64,000 nt of DNA, from the NCBI GenBank assembly GCA_965208975.1, contig CBDBQH010000001.1, forward strand, positions 451,280 to 515,279. The letters run 5' to 3'. Both the position numbers and the translations under genes were made by a program. This document shows positions 32,484 to 43,619 of the stretch, piece by piece (the first letter of the stretch is position 1; each line of letters begins with the position of its first letter). The stretch is from Candidatus Poriferihabitaceae bacterium. GTDB taxonomy: Bacteria > Pseudomonadota > Gammaproteobacteria > Arenicellales > Poriferihabitantaceae. Under the pieces are notes generated by a model. The model was given only the letters and a program-made list of their open reading frames with translations, did not search any database and was not told the DNA's origin.

Positions 32484-34514
32484 ATGGATACACAGGATGG
32501 GATTACAGGGACGGTGGTTGGGCATGCCAACGGCTTCGGGTTTCTCAAGCCGGATGGGGGCGGGGAAAAGCTGTATCTGCCTGATCAGCAGATGAGCAAA
32601 TTACTGCACGGGGATCGTATCCGTGCCCGCAGGATTGATTATCAGGGACGACCGGCTGCCTCTGTTGTCGAAGTATTGCAGAAAACAGGTCGGGAAATTG
32701 TCGGTTATTTGGGCCTGGATGGCGGGGTCGGATTTCTTGAGCCGGATGACCCCCGTTTTGCCAGGGATATTACCGTTGCCAGAGGGAAGTCCAATGGCGC
32801 CGCCGACGGCGATATTGTGGTGGTGCGGATCACCCGGCATCCGATTGAATATCATTACGCGGCCGGTGAAGTCATTGAGGTCGTCGGCAAGGCCCTTGCG
32901 CCCGGAATGGAAACTCAAATCGCGATCCGCAAGCATGAAATCCCGCATATCTGGAGCGAAGTGACCACAACGGAGATGGCGTCCCTGGGTAATTCCCTGA
33001 AGTCTGTAAAACATGGTCCCGGTCGGGCTGATCTGCGGTCATTGCCGCTGGTGACCATTGACGGCAAAGACGCCAGGGATTTTGATGACGCGGTGTATTG
33101 CGAACCAACCGGCCACGGTTTCCGGCTGATCGTCGCGATTGCGGATGTCAGTCATTATGTGCACGCAGATAGCGCACTCGACCGCGAGGCCTGGTTGCGG
33201 GGAACTTCGGTGTATTTCCCGAACCGGGTCGTTCCGATGCTGCCGGAAGCCTTGTCTAACGGAATCTGTTCCCTGAATCCCGAGGAAGATCGTTTTTGTA
33301 TGGTATGCGACATGAACGCAAGTTCCGCAGGAGAAATTACGGATTACCGATTTTACCCGGCCACAATGCGCTCCCGGGCCAGATTGACCTACGATGTTGT
33401 CAATGCCATCGTCTCGGACAAGGACCCGGCCATGCGCGAACAATGGAAAGAAATTGTGCCTCATCTGGATCGGCTTTACCCGTTATCTCGGGCTTTGCGC
33501 TCCCGCCGGGAGTCGGTTGACTTCAAGATCCCTGAACCGTTCATCGAATTTGATGACAAACAGAGAATCAGCCGGATTACGGCGAGGCGGCAAAATGACG
33601 CGCACCGATTGATTGAGGAGTGTATGCTGGCCGCGAATGTATGCGCTGCCCGGTATCTTGAGCTGCATTATCGCAACGATTCTGTTTATCGCAATCACAA
33701 CGGGCCGGACAAACGGGGAGTGGCCGACCTGAAGCGCTTTCTGGCCGGGCTGGGGCTGACTCTCGGCGGAGGAGATGAGCCACAGGCGCGCGATTACGCC
33801 GCTCTGGTCGAGAGTATCGCCGGGCGCGATGATATCGTCGGAGTGGTTCAGTCGGCGCTGTTGAGAAGCTTAGGTCAGGCAGTGTACAGCACGGAACAAT
33901 CCGGCCACTTCGCATTATCATTCCCGATCTACACGCACTTCACATCGCCGATTCGCCGGTATGCCGACCTGGTGGTGCATCGGCGAATCAAACAGGTTCT
34001 TGCCGGTTCAGGTGATGGAGTGGTCGCTCCGGATGGGGCCAGCTTTGAGCAGATTGGCGAGCGGTGTTCCTTGACCGAACGAAGGGCGGAGAGCGCGTCT
34101 TATGACGTGATCGCCTGGTTGAAGGCCGATTTTATGCGGGAGAGGGTCGGTGATCAATTTGACGGCACGATCACCGGAATCAGGGAGTTTGGCGTTTTTG
34201 TACAACTGGATCAGATCTTTGTAGACGGGATGGTGCATGTCAGCGCATTGGGGAGTGATTATTATCATTTTGATCCGGTTCATCTCCAGCTGGAAGGCGA
34301 GCGCGGCGGTCAGCGTTTCAGATTGGGGGACAAGATCCGGGTGCGGATCGCGCGGGTAGACATGGAACGGGCGAAAATCAGTTTCGAGCGGGTTGCCGCC
34401 GATAATTCTGGATTCAAGGCAGGAAAATCAGGCAATTCCCGACGATTAAGAAATCGGCCAGGAGGCAAAAACAGGAATCATTACGGTAAAAGACCATTGA
34501 CTCATCCTCGATAA
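32484..34514 (+). CDS. rnr: ribonuclease R (short N-terminus)
   Basis: cold-shock-like GFGFLKPD, RNB domain (DGKDARDFDDAV), C-terminal S1 domain and basic tail. Confidence 0.9.
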   Translation: MDTQDGITGTVVGHANGFGFLKPDGGGEKLYLPDQQMSKLLHGDRIRARRIDYQGRPAASVVEVLQKTGREIVGYLGLDGGVGFLEPDDPRFARDITVARGKSNGAADGDIVVVRITRHPIEYHYAAGEVIEVVGKALAPGMETQIAIRKHEIPHIWSEVTTTEMASLGNSLKSVKHGPGRADLRSLPLVTIDGKDARDFDDAVYCEPTGHGFRLIVAIADVSHYVHADSALDREAWLRGTSVYFPNRVVPMLPEALSNGICSLNPEEDRFCMVCDMNASSAGEITDYRFYPATMRSRARLTYDVVNAIVSDKDPAMREQWKEIVPHLDRLYPLSRALRSRRESVDFKIPEPFIEFDDKQRISRITARRQNDAHRLIEECMLAANVCAARYLELHYRNDSVYRNHNGPDKRGVADLKRFLAGLGLTLGGGDEPQARDYAALVESIAGRDDIVGVVQSALLRSLGQAVYSTEQSGHFALSFPIYTHFTSPIRRYADLVVHRRIKQVLAGSGDGVVAPDGASFEQIGERCSLTERRAESASYDVIAWLKADFMRERVGDQFDGTITGIREFGVFVQLDQIFVDGMVHVSALGSDYYHFDPVHLQLEGERGGQRFRLGDKIRVRIARVDMERAKISFERVAADNSGFKAGKSGNSRRLRNRPGGKNRNHYGKRPLTHPR

Positions 34515-35288
34515 ATGCACACTGAAGACAAACAGGATGTTCATGTCGTTTTCGGCTTTCACGCGGTGGAAGCCGCGATCCGCCGCACTCCATCGCAAGT
34601 TCTTGAAATTCGTGTGGAGCGGGAAAAGTCCGGCCAGCGTATCGAAAACATTCATGCTCTGGCAATGAAAATCGGTGTCCCGATACGATTGCGAGACAGG
34701 CGGGAATTGAGTCAATTGACCCGTCAGGGGAATCAATCGGGCAATCATCAGGGGGTGGTTGCGTTCATTCGTCGAGTCCATTCACCCGCCGGAGTCACGC
34801 TCGACGAGATGATGTCCCGGCAGGCTGAACAGAGTCTGATTCTGGCGCTGGATCAGATTCAGGATCCGCATAATCTGGGAGCCTGTTTGAGAACCGCGGA
34901 GTGTGCCGGAGTGGATGCCGTGATTTTGCCAAAGGATGGCGCATGCCGAATCAACCCGACCGTGCACAAGGTTTCATCAGGCGCTGCCTCGCACCTGAAT
35001 ATCTTTCAGGCGCCCAATCTGGTCCAGGCCCTCGACAAATTGCAGGGCAACGGATTCTGGGTATACGGGGCGGACGAACAGGGCGCCGACTCACTGTATC
35101 AGTGTCAATACGCTGATAAAGCAGTGATCGTAATGGGAGCCGAGGGGAAGGGGCTGAGACGGCTGACCCGTGAGAAATGCGATTGGCTGGTGAATATTCC
35201 GATGGCCGGGAGTGTGTCGAGCCTGAATGTTTCAGTTGCAACCGGAATCTTTCTGTTCGAGGTAATGCGCCAGCGCGGGTGCAACTGA
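34515..35288 (+). CDS. rlmB: 23S rRNA (guanosine-2'-O)-methyltransferase RlmB
   Basis: SpoU/TrmH motifs (DPHNLGACLRTAE, VMGAEGKGLRRL, SLNVSVATGI); canonical position after rnr. Confidence 0.9.
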   Translation: MHTEDKQDVHVVFGFHAVEAAIRRTPSQVLEIRVEREKSGQRIENIHALAMKIGVPIRLRDRRELSQLTRQGNQSGNHQGVVAFIRRVHSPAGVTLDEMMSRQAEQSLILALDQIQDPHNLGACLRTAECAGVDAVILPKDGACRINPTVHKVSSGAASHLNIFQAPNLVQALDKLQGNGFWVYGADEQGADSLYQCQYADKAVIVMGAEGKGLRRLTREKCDWLVNIPMAGSVSSLNVSVATGIFLFEVMRQRGCN

Positions 35289-35376
35289 TGGTCCGAGTGG
35301 TAGTTACCAGTAGCCTGGCGGCTGCGGGCGGCCACAGGGAGCCGCCCGCACCGACGGGAGGGAACTCGGTCGGGGT

Positions 35377-36576
35377 TTATTGTTCAAACAACGCCAGATA
35401 TTGCGTGTATCCCTGTTCTTCCATCCGGTTTTTGTCGACAAACCGGAGAGAGGCAGAGTTGATGCAGTAGCGCAATCCGGTAGGCGCCGGACCATCCTTG
35501 AACACATGTCCAAGATGGGAGGCCCCGTATTTGCTTTTTATCTCGGTTCGGGGATACAGCAACTTGTAATCTGTGGTTTTGACGATGAATTGATCGTCAA
35601 TCGGTTCCCAGAAGCTGGGCCAGCCCGTGCCGGATCGATATTTTGTTGTTGATGAAAACAGGGGTTCTCCGGTTACGATGTCCACATAAATCCCTTCGGC
35701 CTTGTTATCCCAGTATTCGTTGCGAAAAGGCGGTTCAGTCGCTTCGTGCTGGGTAACCTGATATTGCAGGGGGGTCAGGGTCTGTTGCAATGTTTCGTCA
35801 TCGGGTTTGACCCAGGTATTTTCCGGGCTTGAACGATTCACGTCATCCGTTGCGGCGGATGATCCGGAATCCGGCATGGCGACAGTTTTCTCAAATTTCG
35901 CATAGAGATCATCGCCCCATACTTTTGCCAGGAACCGATCCCTGCCGGAACCTTTTCGATAAAGTTTGTAACGTAGCGGATTGGTCGCGTGATAATTCTG
36001 GTGATAACTTTCCGCCTTGTAGAATTTGTCAAACGGGACGACTTCCACTGTGACCGGCTTCTCGAAACGACTGGATTGAGCGAGAGCGTCTCTGGACGCG
36101 AGCGCCCACTGTTTTTCCTGTTCATTATGATAAAAAATAGCGGGGCGATAGTGGTCTCCGCGGTCGGCAAACTGCCCTTCGGAATCCGTGGGATCGATGT
36201 CGCGCCAGAAACGGAATAACAGTTCCTCGTAGGAAATTACTGCCGGGTCGTAATAGATCTGTACCGCTTCGGTGTGCCCGGTATTGCCTTTGCCCACTTC
36301 ATGGTAGGTCGGATTTTCAGTTTGACCACCGCTGTATCCGGATACGGCCTCTGTGACTCCATCCAGTTTCTCGAAAGTGGATTCGATGCACCAGAAGCAT
36401 CCGCCGGCAAATGTGGCGACTGCCGCTCCTGACTTGCCGGAAGCGGGTACAACGTCGCCGGACGCTGCCACCTTGGATGATTGATCTACAGAGCCGGAAT
36501 CGGTCTGGCTGCTGGCAAACCGGGTCACGATCAGGGCGGTCGCCAGTATTGCGACCAGTAAAAGAATGCGTTTCAT
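35377..36576 (-). CDS. msrAB: exported bifunctional methionine sulfoxide reductase MsrA/MsrB
   Basis: 399 aa from ATG 36576; signal/anchor [17 protein letters not shown]; MsrA GGCFWC motif; Msr[12 protein letters not shown] motif. Confidence 0.85.
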   Translation of the reverse strand: MKRILLLVAILATALIVTRFASSQTDSGSVDQSSKVAASGDVVPASGKSGAAVATFAGGCFWCIESTFEKLDGVTEAVSGYSGGQTENPTYHEVGKGNTGHTEAVQIYYDPAVISYEELLFRFWRDIDPTDSEGQFADRGDHYRPAIFYHNEQEKQWALASRDALAQSSRFEKPVTVEVVPFDKFYKAESYHQNYHATNPLRYKLYRKGSGRDRFLAKVWGDDLYAKFEKTVAMPDSGSSAATDDVNRSSPENTWVKPDDETLQQTLTPLQYQVTQHEATEPPFRNEYWDNKAEGIYVDIVTGEPLFSSTTKYRSGTGWPSFWEPIDDQFIVKTTDYKLLYPRTEIKSKYGASHLGHVFKDGPAPTGLRYCINSASLRFVDKNRMEEQGYTQYLALFEQ

Positions 36577-36686
36577 GATATTAGATATTGTGTTGTATTG
36601 AGTGCCTGTTCTGGTAGACAAGCGGTGAGGCGGGATAGTTCCATAACTTAACGTTATTTAATGAAATCAATCTTGCCGCGCGGTTG

Positions 36687-37064
36687 TCATAAAATCAGTC
36701 CGGCGACGGCGTTGCGTCCGTCACTGAGCAGGATATTCCAGGTGCGGCAGGCGGCGGGCGTATCCATGACCTCCAGGCCGATTCCGAGTTCAATCAACGG
36801 TCGAGTCAGGCGCGGCTCCGGGAAGGTCCATGCAGAGTGGGTGCCAAGCAGGACCACTTCGCTGTCAAACCCGGCCAGGCGGGAAAAATCCTCTATTGCA
36901 AGATCAGAAACCTGATTGATCGGCCACAATTCGAGTTTTTCAGGTGTTATGATCAGGCTGCTTGTATAAAGGGTATCGCCAATCCTGATCTGATAACCTT
37001 CCCCGCGTTTTTCGCAGCTTTTTATCCGGTGATTTGCGTCAGGATTGCCAAGATGAAGTTTCAT
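36687..37064 (-). CDS. Mth938-like (DUF498) domain protein
   Basis: 125 aa from ATG 37064; family assignment from overall pattern only. Confidence 0.55.
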   Translation of the reverse strand: MKLHLGNPDANHRIKSCEKRGEGYQIRIGDTLYTSSLIITPEKLELWPINQVSDLAIEDFSRLAGFDSEVVLLGTHSAWTFPEPRLTRPLIELGIGLEVMDTPAACRTWNILLSDGRNAVAGLIL

Positions 37065-37090
37065 TTCACCAACATTATAAATCATTCGCC

Positions 37091-38413
37091 ATGAATGCAG
37101 TAAACATCGGTCTGATTGGACTAGGTACGGTAGGGAGTGGCACACTTCTTGTGTTGCAACGCAATGCCGAAGAGATTTCGCGCCGTGCCGGGCGGGAGAT
37201 CCGAGTGATTGGCGCGGCGGTGCGTGACCTTTCAAAACCAAGAGACGCGGATACAAGCGGGCTTCACCTGACTGAAGATATTTCAGAAATAGTCAATCAT
37301 CCCGATATCCAGGTAGTGGTGGAAGTGGCGGGCGGCGGCGATGTAATCCTGGAGACCTGCTTGCAGGCGCTGGATAATGGCAAGCATCTGGTGACCGCCA
37401 ACAAGGCGCTGATTGCTATTCACGGCAATATTCTGTTTGAAAAAGCGCAGAGCAAGGGAGTCACGGTCGCATTCGAAGCGGCGGTGGCCGGCGGGATTCC
37501 GATTATCAAATCAATCCGGGAAGGGCTGTCCGCAAACCGCATTGAGTGGCTCGCCGGCATCATTAACGGCACCTCGAATTATATTTTGACACAAATGTCC
37601 CAAAGTGGCCGGGATTTTGACGAGGTACTGGCCGAAGCGCAAGAATTGGGCTACGCGGAAGCAGACCCGGCGTTTGACGTGGAAGGCATTGACGCCGCGC
37701 ACAAACTGACCATTCTGGCATCCATCGCATTCGGAATTTCATTGCAGTTTGACAAGGTTTGTATCGAGGGCATTGCCGGTGTTACCGTGGAGGATATTGC
37801 CTGGGCCGAGGAACTCGGCTATCGCATCAAACACCTGGGCATCGCCAAAAAGACTGGCGAAGGAGTGGAGTTGCGTGTACATCCGACCCTGATTCCACAG
37901 AGACGACTGATCGCGAACGTGAACGGAGTGATGAACGCCGTGCTGGTGCAGTCGGACGCGGTGGGTCCGACCCTTTATTATGGGGCGGGAGCCGGTTCGG
38001 AGCCGACTGCCTCTGCTGTGGTGGCCGATTTGATTGACGTGGTCCGGATGATTACCACGGATCCGGGAAACCGGGTTCCGCATCTCGCGTTTCAGCCGGA
38101 TTCTATCCTTGATCTTCCCATACTCAATATGGCGCAGACCCGGACTTCTTATTATTTGCGAATGTGTGTGGTCAACCGCCCCGGCGTGATGGCGTCCATT
38201 GCAACCATATTCGGACAAAGCGGTATCAGTATTGATTCCGTGGTGCAAAAAGGCAGTGGCCGCCAAGATAAGGATGAGGAGGTCAACATTATTTTCCTGA
38301 CCCGGGAGACCCTGGAGGGGAACCTGAACCGGGCGTTGGCGGAAGTGGAAAAACTGGATACAGTGAAAGGCCGGATCAACCGGATACGCCTGGAGCGGCT
38401 GTCAGGAGCGTAA
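37091..38413 (+). CDS. hom: homoserine dehydrogenase
   Basis: 440 aa; N-terminal IGLIGLGTVGSG Rossmann motif, catalytic domain, C-terminal ACT domain. Confidence 0.95.
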   Translation: MNAVNIGLIGLGTVGSGTLLVLQRNAEEISRRAGREIRVIGAAVRDLSKPRDADTSGLHLTEDISEIVNHPDIQVVVEVAGGGDVILETCLQALDNGKHLVTANKALIAIHGNILFEKAQSKGVTVAFEAAVAGGIPIIKSIREGLSANRIEWLAGIINGTSNYILTQMSQSGRDFDEVLAEAQELGYAEADPAFDVEGIDAAHKLTILASIAFGISLQFDKVCIEGIAGVTVEDIAWAEELGYRIKHLGIAKKTGEGVELRVHPTLIPQRRLIANVNGVMNAVLVQSDAVGPTLYYGAGAGSEPTASAVVADLIDVVRMITTDPGNRVPHLAFQPDSILDLPILNMAQTRTSYYLRMCVVNRPGVMASIATIFGQSGISIDSVVQKGSGRQDKDEEVNIIFLTRETLEGNLNRALAEVEKLDTVKGRINRIRLERLSGA

Positions 38414-38482
38414 TGAGGAATTGATTTTGATTGATTGATTTCGACGCGGCTATCCATTCGATAATCGTGTTACACTCCCGCC

Positions 38483-38629
38483 ATGACTGCATTCGATACA
38501 CTTGCCGCGACCCGTGAACTGGCCACAAAAACTGATATTGGATGGATCAAGGCATACCTCGGCTTTATTGCCGCGCTCTCGTTTGCCACTCTCGGACTCA
38601 CCGCCGCCCATGTCTTTGGCGCCGCGTAG
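38483..38629 (+). CDS. possible 48-aa small membrane protein (MTAFDTLAATRELATKTDIGWIKAYLGFIAALSFATLGLTAAHVFGAA)
   Basis: own translation; one predicted TM helix; followed by a terminator; weak SD, below the track's size cutoff. Confidence 0.25.
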   Translation: MTAFDTLAATRELATKTDIGWIKAYLGFIAALSFATLGLTAAHVFGAA

Positions 38630-38649
38630 ACCATTGGCCCGATGGAGCA

Positions 38650-38679
38650 GGGGGAAACCACCCGGTTTCTCCCTTTTTT
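38650..38679 (+). terminator. rho-independent terminator (GGGGGAAACC-ACCC-GGTTTCTCCC followed by TTTTTT)
   Basis: stem-loop and T-run read directly. Confidence 0.7.
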
Positions 38680-38728
38680 CAGGCGTATTTCCCGGGTCCG
38701 GGATGTTGAGGATTAACTGGGGGTTTTA

Positions 38729-39880
38729 TTGAACACACCGGCTCTGCTGGTTCTTGAAAACGGCAGTTCGTTCCACGGCAAATCTATCGGCGCCAATGGC
38801 CTCAGCGCCGGGGAAGTTGTTTTCAATACCTCGATGACTGGTTATCAGGAGATTCTGACAGACCCTTCATACTCCAGACAGCTGGTCACACTGACTTATC
38901 CGCATATTGGTAATGTCGGCGTCAACTCCGAAGATGTCGAATCCGCTTCGGTTTTCTGCTCCGGGCTGATCGTGAGGAATGTGCCTGACCGGCATAGCAA
39001 CTGGCGCTCCGGGGAATCCTTGCCGGATTACCTTCAACGCCGGGGAGTGGTCGCCATCAGTGAAATAGATACCCGCAAGCTGACCCGTATCCTGCGTAAC
39101 CAGGGCGCTCAACGTGGTTGTATCAGCGCACAGGAATCCCCGAATGAGACCGCGGCGCTGGCCGCCGCCCGGTCGTTCCCCGGTTTGGCGGGCATGGATC
39201 TGGCATCGGTCGTAACGACAGACCGGACTTACAAATGGAACGGCGGGGTATGGAATCTGGAATCGGGTTACCAGGCGCAGGCGGCGGGACAATCGGTATA
39301 TTCAGTAGTCGCTTTTGATTTCGGTATCAAACACAACATCATGCGGTTGCTGGCTGGGCGGGGATGTGACATTACGGTGGTCCCGGCAACCACTACAGCC
39401 AAAGATGTACTGGCAATGAATCCGGACGGAGTGTTCCTGTCCAATGGACCCGGAGACCCCGAACCCTGTGATTATGCGGTTGACGCAATCGCCTGTATCC
39501 TGAATGCCGGTGTTCCCGTCTTCGGAATCTGTCTGGGTCATCAGTTGCTGTGTCTGGCGAGCGGCGCGAAAACCGAAAAAATGAAATTCGGCCACCATGG
39601 CGCCAATCATCCGGTGCAGGACCTCGATAGCGGACAGGTCCTGATCACCAGCCAGAACCACGGGTTTACTGTGGAACCGGAATCGCTGGGGAAGCATATC
39701 CGGATCACCCATCGCTCCTTGTTCGACCACACGATACAGGGGGTCGCGCGTCTCGATGTTCCCGCATTCTCATTCCAGGGACATCCCGAAGCCAGCCCCG
39801 GACCGAAGGATATTGGTTATTTGTTTGACCGTTTCGTCGGCATGATGAAGACAAACCTGAGGCGAAAAGCCAATGCCTAA
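38729..39880 (+). CDS. carA: carbamoyl-phosphate synthase small (glutaminase) subunit
   Basis: TTG start; [10 protein letters not shown] catalytic Cys, [12 protein letters not shown] motif. Confidence 0.95.
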   Translation: MNTPALLVLENGSSFHGKSIGANGLSAGEVVFNTSMTGYQEILTDPSYSRQLVTLTYPHIGNVGVNSEDVESASVFCSGLIVRNVPDRHSNWRSGESLPDYLQRRGVVAISEIDTRKLTRILRNQGAQRGCISAQESPNETAALAAARSFPGLAGMDLASVVTTDRTYKWNGGVWNLESGYQAQAAGQSVYSVVAFDFGIKHNIMRLLAGRGCDITVVPATTTAKDVLAMNPDGVFLSNGPGDPEPCDYAVDAIACILNAGVPVFGICLGHQLLCLASGAKTEKMKFGHHGANHPVQDLDSGQVLITSQNHGFTVEPESLGKHIRITHRSLFDHTIQGVARLDVPAFSFQGHPEASPGPKDIGYLFDRFVGMMKTNLRRKANA

Positions 39881-42800
39881 AAGGCAAGACATTCAATCCA
39901 TTCTGATTATCGGGGCGGGGCCGATTATTATCGGCCAGGCCTGTGAATTCGATTATTCCGGGGTTCAGGCGTGCAAGGCGCTGAAGCGGGAAGGTTACCG
40001 GGTCATACTGGTCAACTCGAATCCCGCGACCATCATGACGGATCCGGGTTTTGCCGACGCCACCTATATAGAACCGATCCGGTGGGAAACAGTAGCCAAA
40101 ATCATTGAGGCGGAAAGACCGGACGCAATCCTGCCCACCATGGGCGGACAAACCGGATTGAATTGTGCCCTGGACCTGAACCGACACGGCGTACTGGAGC
40201 AGTTCAATGTAGAAATGATCGGCGCGACCAGTGAAGCGATAGACAAGGCGGAAGACCGGGAGCAGTTCCGTCAGGCCATGGCGGCGATCCATCTGGATAC
40301 CGCGAACGGGGACCTGGCGCACTCCCTGGCGGATGCCCACGAAATTGTCGATAGAATCGGTTTTCCGGTAATTATCAGACCCTCATTTACTCTGGGCGGG
40401 AGTGGCGGAGGGATTGCCTGGAACATGGATGAGTTTGATGAAATCTGTAATCGGGGGCTGGATGCCTCGCCGACCAATGAGTTGCTGATCGAGGAAAGCA
40501 TCATCGGTTGGAAGGAATATGAAATGGAAGTGGTTCGGGACAGGAATGACAACTGTATCATTGTCTGCGCGATTGAAAACCTGGATCCGATGGGGGTGCA
40601 TACCGGCGATTCGATTACAGTCGCGCCAGCGCAGACACTGACCGACAAGGAATATCAGATCATGCGCGATGCCAGTATCGCCGTGTTGCGGGAGATCGGG
40701 GTGGATACGGGGGGCTCGAACGTTCAGTTCGCGATCAACCCGGATAATGGCCGGATGATCATTATTGAAATGAATCCCAGGGTGTCACGGTCTTCAGCGC
40801 TGGCCTCCAAGGCCACCGGCTTCCCGATTGCCAAAGTGGCCGCCAGGCTGGCGGTCGGACTAACCCTGAATGAATTGAGGAACGAAATTACCGACGGCGC
40901 GATGCCGGCTTCGTTTGAGCCAAGCATTGATTATGTGGTGACCAAGATTCCCAGATTCGATTTCGAGAAATTCCCGCAAGCCGATGCGACCCTGACCACG
41001 CAGATGAAGTCGGTGGGCGAAGTCATGGCAATGGGACGAACCTTCCAGGAATCATTCCAGAAGGCGTTGCGGGGGCTCGAGATCGGCAGCAGCGGGCTGG
41101 ATGACCAGACGGCGCCCGAGCAGGTCAATGCCCGCGATTATCTGATCTCGAAATTGAAAATCCCCGGCGCCAGGCGGCCGTGGTATCTTGCCGAGGCCTT
41201 TCGAGCCGGCATGAGCATGGATACGATCTATCAAACCTGTAAAATTGATTATTGGTTCCTGGCCCAGATTCAGGATCTGGTGAAAACCGAGAAAGAGATT
41301 GCCGGGTCGGAACTGAACCGCCTTCCCCCCATCGTCATGAGAGCCTGGAAGACAAAGGGGTTTTCGGATTGCCGCATTGCCCGGTTAATGAAACTGGAAG
41401 AACAGCAGATTCGGGACTATCGCTATCGCAACGTGATTCATCCGGTATTCAAGAGAGTCGATTCCTGCGCCGCAGAATTTGATACCGCTACGGCGTATCT
41501 GTACTCAACTTATGAAGATGAATGTGAAGCCAACCCGACCGACAAAAAGAAAATAATCGTGCTCGGCGGCGGCCCCAACCGCATCGGGCAGGGGATTGAA
41601 TTTGACTACTGCTGTGTGCATGCCTCGATGGCGTTAAGTGAGGATGGATACGAGACGATCATGGTGAATTGTAATCCGGAAACCGTATCCACCGATTATG
41701 ATACGTCTGATCGATTATACTTCGAGTCGCTGACTCTGGAAGATGTGCTGGAGATCGTTCGAGTGGAAAAACCGCTGGGAGTCATTGTCCAGTTTGGCGG
41801 GCAAACTCCGCTGAAACTGGCGCGCGACCTTGAGAAGGCGGGAGCCCCGGTTATCGGCACAACGCCGACCTCGATTCATCAGGCTGAAGACCGGGCGTTC
41901 TTCCAGAAACTACTGGCTGATCTGGGCTTGTTGCAACCGCCGAACCGGACTGCAACCAGTCGCCATGAAGCGCTTGCTCTGGCCGAGGCTATCGGTTATC
42001 CGCTGATTGTCCGTCCGTCTTATGTGCTGGGTGGGCGGGGCATGGAGATTGTCTACAATCCACAGGACCTCGACACCTATCTGCATTCTGCCGCTGATAC
42101 CTCGTTTGATTCGCCGGTTTTGCTGGATCGGTTCCTGAATGACGCGGTCGAGGTGGATGTAGACGCGGTAAGCGATGGCGAACAGGTCATAATTGGTGGC
42201 GTCATGGAGCATATTGAGGCGGCAGGAGTTCATTCGGGAGATTCTGCCTGTTCGCTGCCGCCTTACAGCCTGTCTCTGCCCTTGCAGGAGGAATTAAAGG
42301 CGCAGACCCGGGCGCTGGCGTTGGCCCTGAACGTGGTTGGTCTGATGAATGTCCAGTTTGCGGTTAAAGACGATCAGATTTACGTTCTCGAAGTCAATCC
42401 CAGAGCATCCAGAACAGTGCCATTCGTTTCCAAGGCAACCGCCAGACCCCTGGCCGGAATTGCTTCACGCTGCATGGCCGGGCAATCTCTGGCGGAACAG
42501 GGTGTCGTGAGTGAGCGGACACCGAATTTCTATTCGGTCAAGGAGGCGGTATTCCCGTTCATCAAGTTTCCGGGAGTGGATACGGTGCTGGGTCCGGAAA
42601 TGAAAAGCACTGGCGAGGTGATGGGTATTGGCGACAGCTTTGGTGAAGCATTCGAGAAATCCCAGAGCGCGGCGGGATACACGATTCCCGGGTGCGGGCG
42701 GATCATGTTCAGTTTGCGTAAGGAAGATCAGCGCGAAGCCATACCGATTGTCCGGTATTTTTATGATGCCGGGTTTGAAATTCTGGCGACTGAAGGAACC

Positions 42801-43094
42801 GGCAGGGTGATCGGGGAAGCGGGTATTCCGGTGCAGCTGGTCAACAAGGTTATTGAAGGGCGCCCTCATGTTGTCGATATGATCAAGAATCAGGAATTTG
42901 ATCTGATCGTCAATACCACATCCGGCAAGCAGAGCCTGAAAGATTCCTATACAATTCGCCGGCAGGCGTTACTGCACAAAGTGACGTATTATACGACTCT
43001 GGCGGCTGCCAGGGCTTCCTCCGAAGCTCATCAATATGCGGGTACAGTTACTGTCAATCAGTTGCAGGCGCTGCATAAACAGCTTGCCGGGTAG
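39873..43094 (+). CDS. carB: carbamoyl-phosphate synthase large subunit
   Basis: 1073 aa; duplicated ATP-grasp halves, overlaps the carA end. Confidence 0.97.
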   Translation: MPKRQDIQSILIIGAGPIIIGQACEFDYSGVQACKALKREGYRVILVNSNPATIMTDPGFADATYIEPIRWETVAKIIEAERPDAILPTMGGQTGLNCALDLNRHGVLEQFNVEMIGATSEAIDKAEDREQFRQAMAAIHLDTANGDLAHSLADAHEIVDRIGFPVIIRPSFTLGGSGGGIAWNMDEFDEICNRGLDASPTNELLIEESIIGWKEYEMEVVRDRNDNCIIVCAIENLDPMGVHTGDSITVAPAQTLTDKEYQIMRDASIAVLREIGVDTGGSNVQFAINPDNGRMIIIEMNPRVSRSSALASKATGFPIAKVAARLAVGLTLNELRNEITDGAMPASFEPSIDYVVTKIPRFDFEKFPQADATLTTQMKSVGEVMAMGRTFQESFQKALRGLEIGSSGLDDQTAPEQVNARDYLISKLKIPGARRPWYLAEAFRAGMSMDTIYQTCKIDYWFLAQIQDLVKTEKEIAGSELNRLPPIVMRAWKTKGFSDCRIARLMKLEEQQIRDYRYRNVIHPVFKRVDSCAAEFDTATAYLYSTYEDECEANPTDKKKIIVLGGGPNRIGQGIEFDYCCVHASMALSEDGYETIMVNCNPETVSTDYDTSDRLYFESLTLEDVLEIVRVEKPLGVIVQFGGQTPLKLARDLEKAGAPVIGTTPTSIHQAEDRAFFQKLLADLGLLQPPNRTATSRHEALALAEAIGYPLIVRPSYVLGGRGMEIVYNPQDLDTYLHSAADTSFDSPVLLDRFLNDAVEVDVDAVSDGEQVIIGGVMEHIEAAGVHSGDSACSLPPYSLSLPLQEELKAQTRALALALNVVGLMNVQFAVKDDQIYVLEVNPRASRTVPFVSKATARPLAGIASRCMAGQSLAEQGVVSERTPNFYSVKEAVFPFIKFPGVDTVLGPEMKSTGEVMGIGDSFGEAFEKSQSAAGYTIPGCGRIMFSLRKEDQREAIPIVRYFYDAGFEILATEGTGRVIGEAGIPVQLVNKVIEGRPHVVDMIKNQEFDLIVNTTSGKQSLKDSYTIRRQALLHKVTYYTTLAAARASSEAHQYAGTVTVNQLQALHKQLAG

Positions 43095-43118
43095 GGGCGG
43101 GTCACTGTGCCCGCCCGC
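43091..43118 (+). repeat. GTAG-headed REP (GTAG-GGGCGGG-TCACTGTG-CCCGCCC-GC) overlapping the carB TAG stop
   Basis: read directly; same stem as part of module B1. Confidence 0.8.
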
Positions 43119-43138
43119 TAAATATGAAGAGACAGAAT

Positions 43139-43618
43139 ATGAGTGAAAGAGTAGTATTGACCCGTAAGGGCGCCGATGCCTTGCGCGCAGAACTGAAAAA
43201 GCTGAAGAGCGTTGATCGGCCGGGAGTTATCGCTGCCATTGCGGAGGCGCGTTCTCATGGCGACCTCTCTGAAAACGCCGAATACGATGCCGCAAAAGAG
43301 CAACAGGGTTTTATCGAAGGCCGCATTGCCGAGCTCGAATCCAGTCTTTCCATTGCCGAGATTATTGATCCGGTGAAAATCGGACAGGAAGGCCGGGTGG
43401 TGTTTGGCGCTCATGTTGATCTTTACGATATTGATGAAGACAAAACCGTCACCTACCAACTGGTCGGAAATCTCGAAGCCGATCTGAGTCAGGGAAGGAT
43501 TTCAATCAGTTCGCCGATTGGCAAATCACTACTGGGTAAGAATACCGGTGACGAAATTGAGGTCGTCGCGCCCGCTGGCAAAAGAATTTACGAGATTCTG
43601 GACATCCATTACCAGTAG
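43139..43618 (+). CDS. greA: transcription elongation factor GreA
   Basis: 159 aa; coiled-coil N-domain ([13 protein letters not shown]...[13 protein letters not shown]); carAB-greA synteny. Confidence 0.9.
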   Translation: MSERVVLTRKGADALRAELKKLKSVDRPGVIAAIAEARSHGDLSENAEYDAAKEQQGFIEGRIAELESSLSIAEIIDPVKIGQEGRVVFGAHVDLYDIDEDKTVTYQLVGNLEADLSQGRISISSPIGKSLLGKNTGDEIEVVAPAGKRIYEILDIHYQ

Positions 43619-43619
43619 G

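Noticed and set aside
32484-34514. RNase R as a truncated pseudogene because it is only 676 aa
   Set aside because: The cold-shock-like, RNB and S1 domains and the basic tail are all present in one intact frame. Only the optional N-terminal HTH region is missing, and the gene is coupled to rlmB as usual.
38470-38732. Track ORFs 38470-38661 (-) and 38502-38732 (+) as genes
   Set aside because: They overlap each other on opposite strands and cross the terminator hairpin. They have no start-site support or protein-like composition.
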